A stretch of 64,000 bases of DNA from Bdellovibrionales bacterium (GTDB taxonomy: Bacteria; Bdellovibrionota; Bdellovibrionia; Bdellovibrionales; UBA1609). Positions within the stretch are counted from its first letter, which is position 1. Each line of letters starts with the position of its first letter. The notes beneath the pieces were generated by a model. It saw only the letters and a program-made list of their open reading frames with translations. It was not told where the DNA came from and did not search any database. The position numbers and the translations under genes are program-made. The stretch spans positions 672,001-736,000 of the forward strand of contig OZ241329.1 in the NCBI GenBank assembly GCA_965199825.1, written 5' to 3'. Shown one piece after another: positions 1-11,172 of the stretch.

Positions 1-273
1 TTGTCGATTGAACAATTCAATCGCAACATTCGAGAATTCGCGTTTACTCAAATCAAAATTTTCTAAAATTGGTTGGATTCGTGTGACAGCACCTTCGAGT
101 TGCAAACGAGTTTGCACCGCAAGCGAGCGCGAAACAGCAGCACTCGAATCAAACACGTAAGCGACCTTGTCTTTTTCAAAAAGCCTTGTTGCCATAACGA
201 GGTAAAGGCCAAGACTAAAAAGTGGCAGGAGAGTGAGCAGCAATAAAAGTTTGGTTCGAATCGAGAGATTCAT
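1..273 (-). CDS. 5' part of a membrane sensor-type protein (probable Cache/HAMP signalling protein); runs off the window edge
   Basis: Not in the ORF track. Manual translation from ATG at 273 gives MNLSIRTKLLLLLTLLPLFSLGLYLVMATRLFEKDKVAYVFDSS..., an S-I-R-x-K-L plus TM helix start typical of HAMP-containing sensors; frame open to position 1. Confidence 0.65.
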   Translation of the reverse strand, partial: MNLSIRTKLLLLLTLLPLFSLGLYLVMATRLFEKDKVAYVFDSSAAVSRSLAVQTRLQLEGAVTRIQPILENFDLSKREFSNVAIELFNRQ

Positions 274-282
274 ACTCTATGG

Positions 283-309
283 ATATCGGCAAAAAAGCGT
301 AAAGACTCA
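283..309 (-). promoter_or_regulatory. Putative sigma28 (FliA) promoter
   Basis: Minus strand TGAG-N15-GCCGATAT, about 10 nt upstream of the ATG at 273; consensus is TAAA-N15-GCCGATAA. Confidence 0.55.
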
Positions 310-1422
310 ACTAATTTGAATACGACCGGTCATCAGTATGTCATTGCCCACGAGCTCCCAGTGCACATGTTTTAGATTTAGACGACCCTCCATACTGGAC
401 GTTGCAAACGTCTCAGTCCACGACGTAGTAGCCAAGCTCCCAAGTATCACTGGTCCAATAAATTGATAGAGTCGCGATGCCGATTTTTGATTTAAGAATT
501 GTGACAATGTGTAAGCTCCACCCTCGACGAACATCGAGGTGATCCCTTTTTGATACAGAATTGATCTTAAACTCTCAAGATCCAAATCTTTTTTAAAAGG
601 GCATTCAATCAGAGTTGCAAATTCAGATTCAAGATTTAAACCTTCGTTCACGATCACAATTACTTTTTTGGGGTCGTTTCTGAGTTGAACAACTCGGCTT
701 TGTGCAAGACGGTCTAGAGTTTCACCACGCGGATCAAAAATCACCACCGTATTGGATTGATCGGCAAACGAAGTCCCGCGCAAATCCAATTGGGGGTCAT
801 CATTCAAAAAAGTTTTTTTACCCACCCCTACCGCTTGGTAAAGAGCGCGCAATTCTCGCGATTTTCGACGTGCCGGCTCGCCCGTGATCCATTGACTTTC
901 ACCATTTTGAAATCCAATTTTACCATCAAGACTTGTTGCAATTTTGAGAGCAATAAAAGTTTTTTTCTGGCGCATATTACAAAGAAAAATCTCGCACAGA
1001 TCCTCAAGTTCGGTTTTAAGATCATCAAATTCTATTGCACTTTTGCCCACCGCTTTGAGGATCTCGGCTCCCTTGCCCTGCACAAGTGGGTTTGGATCGC
1101 GCAATCCATAAACCACTCCGGCAATGGGAAGCTCACTCAAAGTTTTTGCACAGGACGGGGTACGCCCCACATGGGCGCAGGGCTCGAGTGTTACAAAAAA
1201 TCGGGCCCGCTCAAGTTGCTTCGGATCTTTTACATTTTTGAGTGCCACAATTTCGGCATGATCCTGACCCGCTTTGGAATGGTATCCTGAGGCGACAAAC
1301 CGATTTTGGCGATCAAGGATCACGCAGCCCACCGGTGGGTTGGGTGAGACAGTGGTTAAGCCTTTTTTGGCTTCACCAATTGCTAATGTCATCGCTTCGA
1401 GATCTGAAAATATTTCTTCCAC
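307..1422 (-). CDS. ribD: Bifunctional riboflavin deaminase/reductase RibD
   Basis: SPNPPVGCVI, HAE, VTLEPCAHxGRTPSC, ATSLDG, SQWITG and VEGG motifs; probable GTG start at 1422 (track extends to 1548). Confidence 0.95.
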   Translation of the reverse strand: MEEIFSDLEAMTLAIGEAKKGLTTVSPNPPVGCVILDRQNRFVASGYHSKAGQDHAEIVALKNVKDPKQLERARFFVTLEPCAHVGRTPSCAKTLSELPIAGVVYGLRDPNPLVQGKGAEILKAVGKSAIEFDDLKTELEDLCEIFLCNMRQKKTFIALKIATSLDGKIGFQNGESQWITGEPARRKSRELRALYQAVGVGKKTFLNDDPQLDLRGTSFADQSNTVVIFDPRGETLDRLAQSRVVQLRNDPKKVIVIVNEGLNLESEFATLIECPFKKDLDLESLRSILYQKGITSMFVEGGAYTLSQFLNQKSASRLYQFIGPVILGSLATTSWTETFATSSMEGRLNLKHVHWELVGNDILMTGRIQIS

Positions 1423-1486
1423 GCTGTACCAAACAAAACACGAAAGCTTGAGAGTGACAAGGGCGTCAAACCTCTTTAACATTCGA

Positions 1487-1846
1487 ATGATGACTGAATT
1501 TAAAGATAAAACAAAAAATGAAGATTGCAGTGGCGTATTTGATATCACCTGCGCCGAACTTAAAAATCAAAAAGACGATGTTTGTATGATCGACGTCAGA
1601 TCAGAACAAGAATACGTGGGTGAGCTTGGGCATATCAAGGGCACTCAATTGATGGTGCTCGACACGTTGCCGTCACAGCTCTCACAACTTCCAACAGATA
1701 AAGCAATTGTGTTTGTCTGCCGCAGTGGTGGCCGCTCAGCGCGTGCCGCACAGTTTGCTCAATCGCAAGGATTTGAAAATGTCTACAACATGAAGGGTGG
1801 CATGCTTGCCTGGAATGAGCAAAACCTTCCGGTTGAGCGCTCATGA
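1487..1846 (+). CDS. Rhodanese-like domain protein
   Basis: IDVRSxxEY...GHI.G, active loop CRSGGRS, NMKGGMLAW; start trimmed to ATG at 1487. Confidence 0.9.
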   Translation: MMTEFKDKTKNEDCSGVFDITCAELKNQKDDVCMIDVRSEQEYVGELGHIKGTQLMVLDTLPSQLSQLPTDKAIVFVCRSGGRSARAAQFAQSQGFENVYNMKGGMLAWNEQNLPVERS

Positions 1847-3225
1847 CCGGCCCCGTTTTTGTTAACCGCACTCTCAATTTAAAAAAGATAAACTATATCG
1901 GTTTAGATATGGATCACACCCTGGTTAGGTACAATAGCCATAATTTTGAAGCATTGGCCCACAAGATTATGCTTAAAAAATTGGTGAGCGATTTGAATTA
2001 TCCTGAAGCGATCTCGAATCTTAAATTTGAATACGACCGTGCGATTCGTGGACTGGTTATCGATAAGACATTGGGAAATGTTTTAAAACTCAATCGCTTT
2101 GCAGCCATCCGAGTGAGCTACCATGGGCTTAAAGCGATCGATTACCGTGTTCAAAGAAAGCTTTATAACAGTCGATATATTGATTTAGGCGATTCAAAAT
2201 TTGATACGGTCGACACCACATTTTCGATCGCCTTTGCAGGGCTTTTTGCTCAATTGGTAGATCTCAAAGATCATCATGGACAAACCGAGCTTCCCTCTTA
2301 TGACCGCATCGCCGCAGATCTTGCGTTTGTTTTAGATAAAGCCCATCGCGATGGCAGTCTCAAAAACGAGGTCGCCCACAATCTTGAGCAATTTATTGTT
2401 AAAGAAAAGGACATGGTCGAGGGGCTTGAGCGCTATAAAAAGCATGGTAAAAAAATCTTTATTTTGACCAACTCGGATTTTTTCTACTCAAAACTTTTAC
2501 TCGATTACGCCATTACTCCATTTTTAAAAGAGCACGAATCCTGGCAAGATCTTTTTGAGTTTGTAATCACCTCGGCTCAAAAGCCGCGATTCTTTTTTGA
2601 TAAAATCAAATTCTTAAAAATCAATCCCGCCGATGGCAGCATGACCAATCAAGAACTACCTATAACAAAAGGTGTTTATCAGGGTGGGTGTGCCTCGATC
2701 TTTACCGATGATCTTGGGGTCAATCCTGACGAGATTTTGTATATTGGCGATCATATGTATGGTGATATCGTTCGGCTCAAAAAGGATTGTGCTTGGCGGA
2801 CGGCCTTGGTGGTCGAAGAACTTCAAGACGAAGTGGAGCAGCTTAAAGTCGCTGCTCCTTCGACCTCACAAATCAATGAGTTGATGGCCAAAAAAATTCC
2901 ACTTGAAATCAAAGTCGATGATCTCATTTCAAAAAAGATCGAGACCGGCAAAGACACTCATCAAGAAGACATCGCCCAAATGCTCCAAGCAATTAGCGAA
3001 ATCGATAAAAAGATTTCTACCCTTATCTTATCCCAACAAAAATTATTTAATCCACATTGGGGCGAAGTGATGCGGGTTGGAAACGAAGAGAGCTTTTTGG
3101 CGTATCAGATCGAGCGCTATGCTTGCATTTATATGTCGAAGCTTGCCGATCTTACCGCACTTTCACCAAGAACTTATTTTCGCTCGTTTAGACGTCCACT
3201 CGCCCACGAGTTCGGCTCACTGTAA
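1843..3225 (+). CDS. HAD-IG family 5'-nucleotidase (cN-II-like)
   Basis: GLDMDHTLVRY motif I, TNS, KPRFF, YIGDHMYGD motif IV. Confidence 0.9.
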   Translation: MTGPVFVNRTLNLKKINYIGLDMDHTLVRYNSHNFEALAHKIMLKKLVSDLNYPEAISNLKFEYDRAIRGLVIDKTLGNVLKLNRFAAIRVSYHGLKAIDYRVQRKLYNSRYIDLGDSKFDTVDTTFSIAFAGLFAQLVDLKDHHGQTELPSYDRIAADLAFVLDKAHRDGSLKNEVAHNLEQFIVKEKDMVEGLERYKKHGKKIFILTNSDFFYSKLLLDYAITPFLKEHESWQDLFEFVITSAQKPRFFFDKIKFLKINPADGSMTNQELPITKGVYQGGCASIFTDDLGVNPDEILYIGDHMYGDIVRLKKDCAWRTALVVEELQDEVEQLKVAAPSTSQINELMAKKIPLEIKVDDLISKKIETGKDTHQEDIAQMLQAISEIDKKISTLILSQQKLFNPHWGEVMRVGNEESFLAYQIERYACIYMSKLADLTALSPRTYFRSFRRPLAHEFGSL

Positions 3226-3750
3226 AAATAAGACGTAGGCGCGCTTACCAAATTGGCTGAGCGCCATCCACTGCCCGCTTGATTTATAAGTCTTGCGGTA
3301 TTTGGGCCCGAGCAAAGACAGTGGTGCGCATTTTAAAAAGTCAGGATGTTCGGGATCAAAACGAAGTTCGCATTGATCTTTGGGTTGCTCCACTGCGGCT
3401 TCAAAAATGGTAATCGATTGATCGGTATTTTTATTTTTACCTATCAAGATCGATTTTTTACCTCGTTGAAGTTGGACTTGTGCCTCTTCGGCATCTTTAG
3501 CAATGGTAAAGTCGCTAAGCGATTCGGCTAATCCATCCACCACCGCTTTTTGAGGAATATCCAGAATAATTGTGGTGATTTTTTCGAGCTCTGGTTTTAA
3601 CGACCGGCTAATCAGTCGCCCCACCTGCTCCTGACTTTCGTAATGACTGAGGTCTATAATTGGAATCGCTTTTGGAAGTAAAGCAAAACGCAAAACTAGA
3701 CCAATACTAAAAATTACTACGCTTACCATAACTGCAATCAGAAGTTTCAT
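3217..3750 (-). CDS. Hypothetical membrane-anchored protein
   Basis: 177 aa ORF with an N-terminal hydrophobic helix, filling the gap between known genes. Confidence 0.6.
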   Translation of the reverse strand: MKLLIAVMVSVVIFSIGLVLRFALLPKAIPIIDLSHYESQEQVGRLISRSLKPELEKITTIILDIPQKAVVDGLAESLSDFTIAKDAEEAQVQLQRGKKSILIGKNKNTDQSITIFEAAVEQPKDQCELRFDPEHPDFLKCAPLSLLGPKYRKTYKSSGQWMALSQFGKRAYVLFLQ

Positions 3751-3826
3751 AGGGCTGGAATAACAAGGAACCAGTTGAAATTCTATGCTGAAATGCTAAA
3801 CATCTTTTAATGAAAGGACTTGATCC

Positions 3827-4525
3827 ATGGGACAGGTACCTCGCAAAATTCTCTTTATTGGTCGCGGTCGTGTTTCGCGCCATTTCCAGCATTATTTCGA
3901 TTTGCTTGGAAAACCTTATGCCGTCTGGCATCGCGAGCAATCGATTGCTGAGCTCAAAAGATTATGTGGTGAAGTCGATCGAGTAGCACTGCTGATTCGC
4001 GATGATGCCATCGAAAGTTTTTACCAACAGCATCTTGATATATTAAAACACAAAATCACTTTTCACTGTTCTGGAAGTCTTGCTCTTGATCAGCTTTCAA
4101 GTGCTCATCCACTGATGGCATTTGCCCATCGAAATTTAAGTCTGGCAACCTATCAAACTATTACTTTCGTGACCGAATCAAATAAAAAAAGTTTGTCTGA
4201 ACTCTTGCCCGAATTGAGCAATCCAAATTTTAGTATCCCATCAAGCGTAAAACCTTTTTATCATGCTCTTTGCGTTTGTGCCGGCAACCTCCCGCTCTTA
4301 ATTCAGCGGACTGCTTTAAAAGAATTTGGCCTGATCGGAATTCCTAAGGAAGCTTTAAGTCTTTATCTCAAAGAAAATTTGCAAAATTTGTTGCAAGATC
4401 CCGAGACCGCTTTAACAGGACCCATTGTCCGCGGTGACCAAACAACCATCGAGCGAAATCTAAAAGCCCTCGATGGCCACTCATTAAAAAATATTTATTT
4501 ACAATTTTTAGAGGAGCGTCCATGA
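3827..4525 (+). CDS. Rossmann-like/DUF2520 protein, candidate PanG-type ketopantoate reductase
   Basis: IGRGRV, HCSGS, HPLM, YHALCV and LTGPIVRGDxxTIERNL motifs; first gene of the pan operon. Confidence 0.8.
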   Translation: MGQVPRKILFIGRGRVSRHFQHYFDLLGKPYAVWHREQSIAELKRLCGEVDRVALLIRDDAIESFYQQHLDILKHKITFHCSGSLALDQLSSAHPLMAFAHRNLSLATYQTITFVTESNKKSLSELLPELSNPNFSIPSSVKPFYHALCVCAGNLPLLIQRTALKEFGLIGIPKEALSLYLKENLQNLLQDPETALTGPIVRGDQTTIERNLKALDGHSLKNIYLQFLEERP

Positions 4526-5307
4526 ACGTTTTAGATTTTCAAAAATATAAATCAGAAAAAAAGAAAATCAGTATGGTCACCTGTTACGATTATTGGTCGG
4601 CCAATTTGTTGTCTGAAACAAAAATCGATTGCGTACTTGTCGGCGATAGTCTGGCAATGGTGATGCATGGATTTACCAGCACTCTGAATGCAACCACCGA
4701 TTTGATGGCGTATCATGTGGCCGCAGTTCGACGTGGAATTGGCAAAAAATTTTTGGTGGGTGATATGCCTTTTTTATCTTACCGAAAAGACCTCACCTCC
4801 AATATGGATCAAGTCGAAAAAATCATGCACGCTGGGGCTGAGGCCATTAAAATTGAGGGAAGTCTTGGCAATATCGAGCTTGTGACCCACTGTGTGCAAT
4901 CGGGTGTTCCGGTGATGGGTCATTTGGGTCTTACTCCGCAATCGATTCATTCTTTTGGTGGATTTAGAGTTCAAGGGCGCGGCGAAAATGGCAAAGCGGT
5001 TCTTGATCAAGCCCTCAAACTTCAAGATGCAGGAGCCTTCGCGGTGGTCTTGGAATGTGTTCCTTGGCCAATTGCTAAAGAGATTTCGGAAACCTTGAGT
5101 ATTCCAACCATTGGGATTGGCGGCGGCATTCATTGCGACGGACAAGTTTTGGTTCTCCAAGATATGCTTGGGATGAACACCCACTTTAAACCAAAATTTT
5201 TGCGCACCTATCTTGATGGTGCAAGTTTGATTCGCGATGCCATTGATCGCTACGATCACGAGGTCAAAGAACAAACTTTTCCTGGCCCCAAAGAGAGCTA
5301 TGAATGA
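4522..5307 (+). CDS. panB: 3-methyl-2-oxobutanoate hydroxymethyltransferase
   Basis: LVGDSL, DMPFLSY, KIEG, GHLGLTPQ, GIGGG..CDGQVLV. Confidence 0.97.
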   Translation: MNVLDFQKYKSEKKKISMVTCYDYWSANLLSETKIDCVLVGDSLAMVMHGFTSTLNATTDLMAYHVAAVRRGIGKKFLVGDMPFLSYRKDLTSNMDQVEKIMHAGAEAIKIEGSLGNIELVTHCVQSGVPVMGHLGLTPQSIHSFGGFRVQGRGENGKAVLDQALKLQDAGAFAVVLECVPWPIAKEISETLSIPTIGIGGGIHCDGQVLVLQDMLGMNTHFKPKFLRTYLDGASLIRDAIDRYDHEVKEQTFPGPKESYE

Positions 5308-6062
5308 CCGTTTTTAATTCGGTCAAAGAATTTCGCGAATACCGCTACACCCATTTTCAAAAATCGTTTGGGTTTGTTCCAACGATGGGGGCGCTTCATC
5401 AGGGTCATTTGAGTTTGATTGAACAAAGCAAATCACAAAATGCTTTGTGCGTGGCGAGCATTTTTTTAAATCCTACTCAATTTGATAATGCCAAGGATCT
5501 TGAAAAATATCCGTCTTCGCTTGAACGAGATCTTGAACAACTCAAAACTGCCGGCTGCGATGCGGTGTTTGTTCCTGACACAAAAGAGATTTACAAAGAT
5601 GATTTCCGCTACCGCCTTTCTGAAAATGCCAGTAGCCGAATTTTATGTGGCGCACATCGTGAAGGTCATTTTGAGGGAGTTTTAACAGTCGTACTTAAAT
5701 TGTTTAATATCATACAACCCACGAAGGCCTACTTTGGCGAAAAAGATTTTCAGCAATTACGATTAATTCAAGGGATGGCGGAGGCTTTATTTTTGCCCAT
5801 CGAGGTTATCGGATGCCCGATCGTTCGCGAAGCTGATGGTTTGGCAATGAGTTCTCGCAACGTGCGCCTCACTCCAGAGGATCGAAAGATCGCACCTTTG
5901 TTTTATAAAACATTGAATCGTCATTTGCCTTTGCATGAGATTCGCTCTTCGCTCAAAACCATGGGTTTTGATGTGGATTATGTCGAAGAGCATTGGGGAC
6001 GAAGGCTTGCTGCGGTCAAGCTTGGAGAAATTCGTTTGATCGACAATGTGGGTGTGCCGTGA
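5304..6062 (+). CDS. panC: Pantoate-beta-alanine ligase
   Basis: VPTMGALHQGH, NPTQF, FGEKDFQQ, READGLAMSSRN, RLIDN. Confidence 0.97.
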   Translation: MTVFNSVKEFREYRYTHFQKSFGFVPTMGALHQGHLSLIEQSKSQNALCVASIFLNPTQFDNAKDLEKYPSSLERDLEQLKTAGCDAVFVPDTKEIYKDDFRYRLSENASSRILCGAHREGHFEGVLTVVLKLFNIIQPTKAYFGEKDFQQLRLIQGMAEALFLPIEVIGCPIVREADGLAMSSRNVRLTPEDRKIAPLFYKTLNRHLPLHEIRSSLKTMGFDVDYVEEHWGRRLAAVKLGEIRLIDNVGVP

Positions 6063-7168
6063 AAATCCTTTTTCAAATGACTGGGTCCATCGCGGCCTTT
6101 AAAGCCTGCCAAGCGATTTCTAATTTAAAAAAAGCGAGCCACACTGTGCAGGTTGTGGCTACTCCCTCAACCCTTAATTTCGTGGGTCGTTCCACTCTCG
6201 AGGGTTTGACTGGGCTTCCGTTATTGATGGATTTGTATGAGGCCGGACATGCGATGGATCATATTCATCTGAGCCGTGAGTACGATGTTTTGGTTTTATG
6301 CCCAGCTACGGCCAATACCATTAATCGACTGGCTGCGGGTCTTGCTGATGATTTGATCGGCGCCCTTTTTTTGGCGCGCCCTCAAGACAAGCCCTATCTT
6401 ATTTTTCCGGCAATGAATGTGGAGATGTATCAAAATCCGATCATCCAAAAAAATCTTAAATTTCTTGAAAGTTTAGGTGTGCAGCATGTCTCGGCTCCCG
6501 CTGGACCTCTCGCTTGTGGCGAATACGGTGTGGGGCGACTTCTTGAAGCCGATGATATTGTTGAAATGATCATTAAAACCGGTCCCACCACTCAACGCGT
6601 TTTAGTTACTTATGGCGGCACCTCTGAACCGATTGATGATGTGCGATCGATAACCAACCGAAGCAGTGGAAACACTGGTGCCCAAATCGCAAATGAATTT
6701 TTTAATAGCGGATGGCACACCACCGTATTTTGTTCTGACCGTGCGGTTAAAAGTTTTGCCCATGTTCGCCGTATTTTTGATACGGCCAAAGAGCTCGAGC
6801 AGCTTCTTGAAGAGAGCGGCAACTATGATGCAATCATTCATCTTGCAGCCGTGAGCGATTACACTCTTGAGCGCAAGCCCGGAAAGATCAGTTCAAGCAA
6901 TAAAACGCTTCAGCTTGAGCTTGTTTCAACACCTAAACTGGTCAATGCGATCAAGCACAACTTTCCGCAAGCCAAATTGGTCGCCTTTAAGCTCACCTCC
7001 GGCTCAGATGGCGATCAGGCTGCGCGCGAGCTGATGAAGCATTCTAACGCCGATTTTGTGGTCCAGAATGACATCAAAAATTTATCAATAAAAACTATTT
7101 ATGATAAAAATGGTCATAAGAAGATCGGGTCGAACCTAGCAAAAGAGCTAAAGGATTTACTCTTATGA
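6059..7168 (+). CDS. coaBC: Phosphopantothenoylcysteine decarboxylase/ligase
   Basis: [15 protein letters not shown], PAMNxxM, LACGxxGxGRL, GGTxEPIDxVRxITNRSSG, AAVSDY; GTG start at 6059 overlaps the panC stop. Confidence 0.93.
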   Translation: MKILFQMTGSIAAFKACQAISNLKKASHTVQVVATPSTLNFVGRSTLEGLTGLPLLMDLYEAGHAMDHIHLSREYDVLVLCPATANTINRLAAGLADDLIGALFLARPQDKPYLIFPAMNVEMYQNPIIQKNLKFLESLGVQHVSAPAGPLACGEYGVGRLLEADDIVEMIIKTGPTTQRVLVTYGGTSEPIDDVRSITNRSSGNTGAQIANEFFNSGWHTTVFCSDRAVKSFAHVRRIFDTAKELEQLLEESGNYDAIIHLAAVSDYTLERKPGKISSSNKTLQLELVSTPKLVNAIKHNFPQAKLVAFKLTSGSDGDQAARELMKHSNADFVVQNDIKNLSIKTIYDKNGHKKIGSNLAKELKDLLL

Positions 7169-7935
7169 TTTTATGTTTAGATGTGGGCAACAGCCAGATT
7201 TACGGCGGCTTGTTTGATCAGGGAAAACTCAAATTTAGTTTTCGCCAAAATTCGCGCTCAGGGGCCTCATCCGACGAATATGGTTTATTCTTGAGGGCAG
7301 TTTTGCGCGAGAACAATTATGACCCCAACACGGTTCAACACATTGCTCTTTGCACCGTTGTGCCCGAGGTTTTGCACTCGGTTCGCAATTGCTGCATCAA
7401 ATATTTTAATCGTAATCCATTTGTTCTTCAAGCCGGAGTCAAAACCGGATTAAAAATCAAATATCGTAATCCTTTAGAAGTGGGAGCCGACCGCATTGCC
7501 GATTCGCTCGGGGCCTGCACCCATTATCCTAACCAAAATATTGTGGTGGTCGATTTTGGAACAGCAACAACACTCAGTGCAACAAGTGCTTCACGAGAAT
7601 TTTTGGGAGGTGCAATATTGGCAGGGGTTCGGATCTCGATGCAGGCACTTGAAACAAAAACCTCGCGACTTCCCTCGGTTGAGATTGTCCAAAAAGGCGA
7701 AGCCCTTGGCCGCTCTACGGTTGAGAGCATCCAGTCTGGATTATTTTTTGGTACCATCGGTGCGGTCAAAGAGTTGGTGAGTCGAATTTCTGATGAGGTA
7801 TTTGAAGGTCAACGCCCGCGAGTGATTGGCACAGGCGGATTTGCTTCTCTCTTTAAAGACGCGAAACTTTATGATGAGGAAATGCCCGATCTGGTTTTAG
7901 AGGGGCTTCATCGCGCGTTTCTTTTGAATCATTAG
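7165..7935 (+). CDS. coaX: Type III pantothenate kinase
   Basis: [28 protein letters not shown]. Confidence 0.95.
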   Translation: MILCLDVGNSQIYGGLFDQGKLKFSFRQNSRSGASSDEYGLFLRAVLRENNYDPNTVQHIALCTVVPEVLHSVRNCCIKYFNRNPFVLQAGVKTGLKIKYRNPLEVGADRIADSLGACTHYPNQNIVVVDFGTATTLSATSASREFLGGAILAGVRISMQALETKTSRLPSVEIVQKGEALGRSTVESIQSGLFFGTIGAVKELVSRISDEVFEGQRPRVIGTGGFASLFKDAKLYDEEMPDLVLEGLHRAFLLNH

Positions 7936-9019
7936 GTTTTGGCAGTTTACTCAACAAAATATTTTGCCAATTGACCTCGGTCTCACCCTCGCAGTGCCGA
8001 ATCACGGTGACCCGCTCGGCTGGAGCTTTTTCTAGTTTTGGAATCGCACAGGTTAACAAAACTAGATGATCAAAAAATAGTTTTTGGCGCGGCAAAACCG
8101 CAAGAGTTGGCCAAATTGTCATTTTGTTTTTCTCAAAAATCACGATCGGAACTTGCCAACTGAAATGCTGTAGTTGGGTCAAACTTTTTTGCGAAACATC
8201 TAACAGCTCCACACCAAATGGCAAAGGATCTGAAAAACTTTTGAGTTTAAAAATCTGATCAAAAGAGTTTTGAAGTTGGGCCAATGAATTAAATTTTGGG
8301 ATATTGATTCCGTGATCGATGAGATTTCTCAAAAATTCAAAACGCTCTTTAAGCCCAAGCGATTTTTCTTTGGCTTTAAGTAAAAAGGCAAAAGATGTCG
8401 CCATCGCAAAGGGTGAGATCTGATTTGAATCTTCACACTTAAAAAGTCGTGGCTCTTGAAGACAAAATTGTTTTGAGGTCACCAGATCATAAATCCAATG
8501 ATGTTGAATTTGATGACTTGTGAGATAAAGACTCAATGTCCAAGTCTCAAGCTCGTGACCTTTTTTAAGCAATAAAAAATAAATCAAATTTGTTTCAAAA
8601 CTTGTTGCTGCGGCAACGCCCTCGCCCAATCTTAAAACCGGTCCATCAATCCGAGCCTCAAAGGGTTGAGGAGCAGTGATTTGCAAAAACTTTTTTGAAG
8701 TATTTTTTGGTAACAGTTCGCTCAACATATTTAATTGCTCAATCTGAACGATGCGTTTTTGTTGAGAGGTTGTTAGAGCAATGGGTTTAAAAAATTCGCG
8801 CACAGTATTGCACTGATACACGGTCAACTTTGAGTTGTCGGATTTTACAAACTGCACCGCTTCGATAAAAGGGGAATGAATACACCGAACCCGGGTATCT
8901 AGAACACGAGCCGCATAAATGGCAAATACAGCCATGATCGGAACACACATGATAAAAAGAAGGCGGCGGGAATGCATTGTCAGTAAAAAGAGCAGGATCT
9001 GCGCCATCACGGTGGGCAA
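7853..9019 (-). CDS. Hypothetical protein with an N-terminal TM segment
   Basis: 388 aa ORF; start uncertain; 3' end overlaps coaX by about 80 nt. Confidence 0.6.
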   Translation of the reverse strand: MPTVMAQILLFLLTMHSRRLLFIMCVPIMAVFAIYAARVLDTRVRCIHSPFIEAVQFVKSDNSKLTVYQCNTVREFFKPIALTTSQQKRIVQIEQLNMLSELLPKNTSKKFLQITAPQPFEARIDGPVLRLGEGVAAATSFETNLIYFLLLKKGHELETWTLSLYLTSHQIQHHWIYDLVTSKQFCLQEPRLFKCEDSNQISPFAMATSFAFLLKAKEKSLGLKERFEFLRNLIDHGINIPKFNSLAQLQNSFDQIFKLKSFSDPLPFGVELLDVSQKSLTQLQHFSWQVPIVIFEKNKMTIWPTLAVLPRQKLFFDHLVLLTCAIPKLEKAPAERVTVIRHCEGETEVNWQNILLSKLPKPNDSKETRDEAPLKPDRAFPHHKVSRL

Positions 9020-9079
9020 TTGGCTGGGAGATGACGACTTTTAAGCTGCCTAAATAGTCACAATGATTGAAAAAAAATT

Positions 9080-10288
9080 CTACTTGGTCGACTGAGGGAT
9101 TTTATCACTGCCTTGAGAACTTACGACCTCACCCCGGTAAACAACCTTGGCAATTGCAAGGCAGGCCTTCTCACCGGTTTTGATTTCGATGGTGGGATGG
9201 GCATTGCCCAGTTTTGGAAAAAGAAGCTCGGCCGAAGGTGAGGCCACACTCACCGTGTTACCCCCAATGGTGCATGTTTTTTTTGTGCTGTCATAGGTCC
9301 CAGCCAAACTATTTAACACCGAAAATGCGCAATGCTCGTTTTGGTCAAAGATGATTTCACCATTGTCTTCATGATTGGAGTTGGTCATCACAAGACGGGT
9401 TTTCACATCGCTGATTTTTGTTGTGGTTAAAGGTTTGATTTCGGCAACGCTTTTCCCTGCTTGCCCCACCATCCATAAACCATTTGGCCGAGGAGGAACA
9501 ATCACTTCACGATAAACAGAAGACCCATCACTTAGCTCTTTAAAATTAAAGGATGAGACGAATTCATTTCCATTCACTTTACAGTTTGTGATGTGCTCGT
9601 CGGATTTTTTAAGCGCCAATCTTTTATAAAGAGAATTGCAATCGGAGTGATCAAAGGAATTGATCGGCTTTGAACCGGCAGTAGTGCCGCAGTAGTTTTC
9701 GACATTCTCAATCATTTTTTTAAAAGCCCTCACCAAAGAGGGATCGCTACTTAAGGCCTCGGACAATTCTGTGGCGGTTTGTGCCTCATCGTCACAGATT
9801 TGTGTCAGTCCCACTTGTTCTTTATGGCAGATTTTTCCGCCAGTTTTTTTACTCATAAATATGGGATAGGCACACTCAATTTCTCCAGGCTGACAACTGC
9901 CGCGCAACACATCCGAAGTGCCAGGCATTTCATTTAGCCGACAGCTCATTCTTTTTTGTGAGGTGATCGCCATACAAACCGTATTTCCTGCAATGACACA
10001 GCGATCTCTTCGCTCGGTTACCAAACGCTGTAGACCCTTACTCAAATTTGCCGCCTGCTCGTCGCTAGTACAAATGTTAGAAGCGTTCGGAATAATCAAT
10101 CGAGATTCGGCTGCAAAGGCCTCGTTTAAAAAAGCAAATTGGTTGTGAAAATGAATTTGCTTTTGCTCTTGTTGCACCAAAAACTTTCGAATGTCTAAGA
10201 TCGCACTCGCCTGTTGTGATGGCGTTAAATCTTTAAAATTTTCGAGCAATGCAAAGCTGGGAACCAAAAACAACAAAAGTAAGATCAT
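9080..10288 (-). CDS. Secreted cysteine-rich hypothetical protein
   Basis: Short signal peptide MILLLLFLVPSFA, many Cys; coupled to the HMG-CoA lyase stop. Confidence 0.7.
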   Translation of the reverse strand: MILLLLFLVPSFALLENFKDLTPSQQASAILDIRKFLVQQEQKQIHFHNQFAFLNEAFAAESRLIIPNASNICTSDEQAANLSKGLQRLVTERRDRCVIAGNTVCMAITSQKRMSCRLNEMPGTSDVLRGSCQPGEIECAYPIFMSKKTGGKICHKEQVGLTQICDDEAQTATELSEALSSDPSLVRAFKKMIENVENYCGTTAGSKPINSFDHSDCNSLYKRLALKKSDEHITNCKVNGNEFVSSFNFKELSDGSSVYREVIVPPRPNGLWMVGQAGKSVAEIKPLTTTKISDVKTRLVMTNSNHEDNGEIIFDQNEHCAFSVLNSLAGTYDSTKKTCTIGGNTVSVASPSAELLFPKLGNAHPTIEIKTGEKACLAIAKVVYRGEVVSSQGSDKIPQSTK

Positions 10289-11172
10289 AGTCCCAACTTT
10301 GAAAGTTTAGAGGGCAGAGTTTTTTCTAAAATCTTTTCGAGCTCGCGCGCGGCACTTTGCAGATGCTTAAGATCAAGCCCGGTTTGATAACCCATTTGCG
10401 AGAGCATATATTCCAAATCTTCGGTTGCGATATTTCCCGAAGCCCCTTGAGCGTAGGGACATCCCCCCACTCCCCCAATGGCCGAATCAAATCGAGTGAT
10501 CCCGCCTTGAAGACCTGAAAGCACATTGGCTAACCCGCATCCACGGGTATCATGAAAGTGAAGTGCTAGATGCGTGGAGCCCACCGCTTTGATCAATGCC
10601 TTTACCACTTTTTTGACCTGAATAGGATTTGCCACACCAATGGTATCCCCAATTGAAATCTCAAAAACTCCGAGTTGCTTCATCCGTTTTGCTAAGGAAA
10701 CCACACGGCTCAGGGGCACATCGCCCTCATAGGGGCACCCGAAGGCCACACTCAAATAACCGCGGACTCGGATCTTATTTTTTTTGGCTAAAGTGCAGAC
10801 GTCTTTAAAGCGCACAAAAGATTCTTCGATAGTGCAGTTGATATTTTTTTTGCTAAAACTTTCGGAGCACGCACCAAAGATCGCAACTTGGCGAATGCCA
10901 CTCGCGATGGCCAAATTCATTCCTTGAACATTTGGAGCAAGAACCGAGAACTGAGAAAAATGGGGTTCTTTTTTTAAGCCTTCGACGACCTCAAGTGAGT
11001 GATTCATTTGGGGCACCCAATGGGGTGATACAAATGCACCCACCTCGATTCGCTTTAGCCCTGCTTGGATCAGTTGATGAATCAAATTTGTTTTTTGCTC
11101 GATCGACAGATGTTTTGATTCATTCTGTAAACCATCTCTCGGGCCAACCTCGATAATTTCAATTTTTTTCAT
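10285..11172 (-). CDS. Hydroxymethylglutaryl-CoA lyase (LiuE/HmgL-like)
   Basis: EVGPRDGLQNE, GDTIG, HFHDT, GGCPYAxGASGNxATED. Confidence 0.95.
   Translation of the reverse strand: MKKIEIIEVGPRDGLQNESKHLSIEQKTNLIHQLIQAGLKRIEVGAFVSPHWVPQMNHSLEVVEGLKKEPHFSQFSVLAPNVQGMNLAIASGIRQVAIFGACSESFSKKNINCTIEESFVRFKDVCTLAKKNKIRVRGYLSVAFGCPYEGDVPLSRVVSLAKRMKQLGVFEISIGDTIGVANPIQVKKVVKALIKAVGSTHLALHFHDTRGCGLANVLSGLQGGITRFDSAIGGVGGCPYAQGASGNIATEDLEYMLSQMGYQTGLDLKHLQSAARELEKILEKTLPSKLSKLGL

Noticed and set aside
7853..7935. 83-nt convergent overlap with coaX as antisense regulation
   Set aside because: Tail overlaps are frequent in this compact genome and may reflect a lost stop codon
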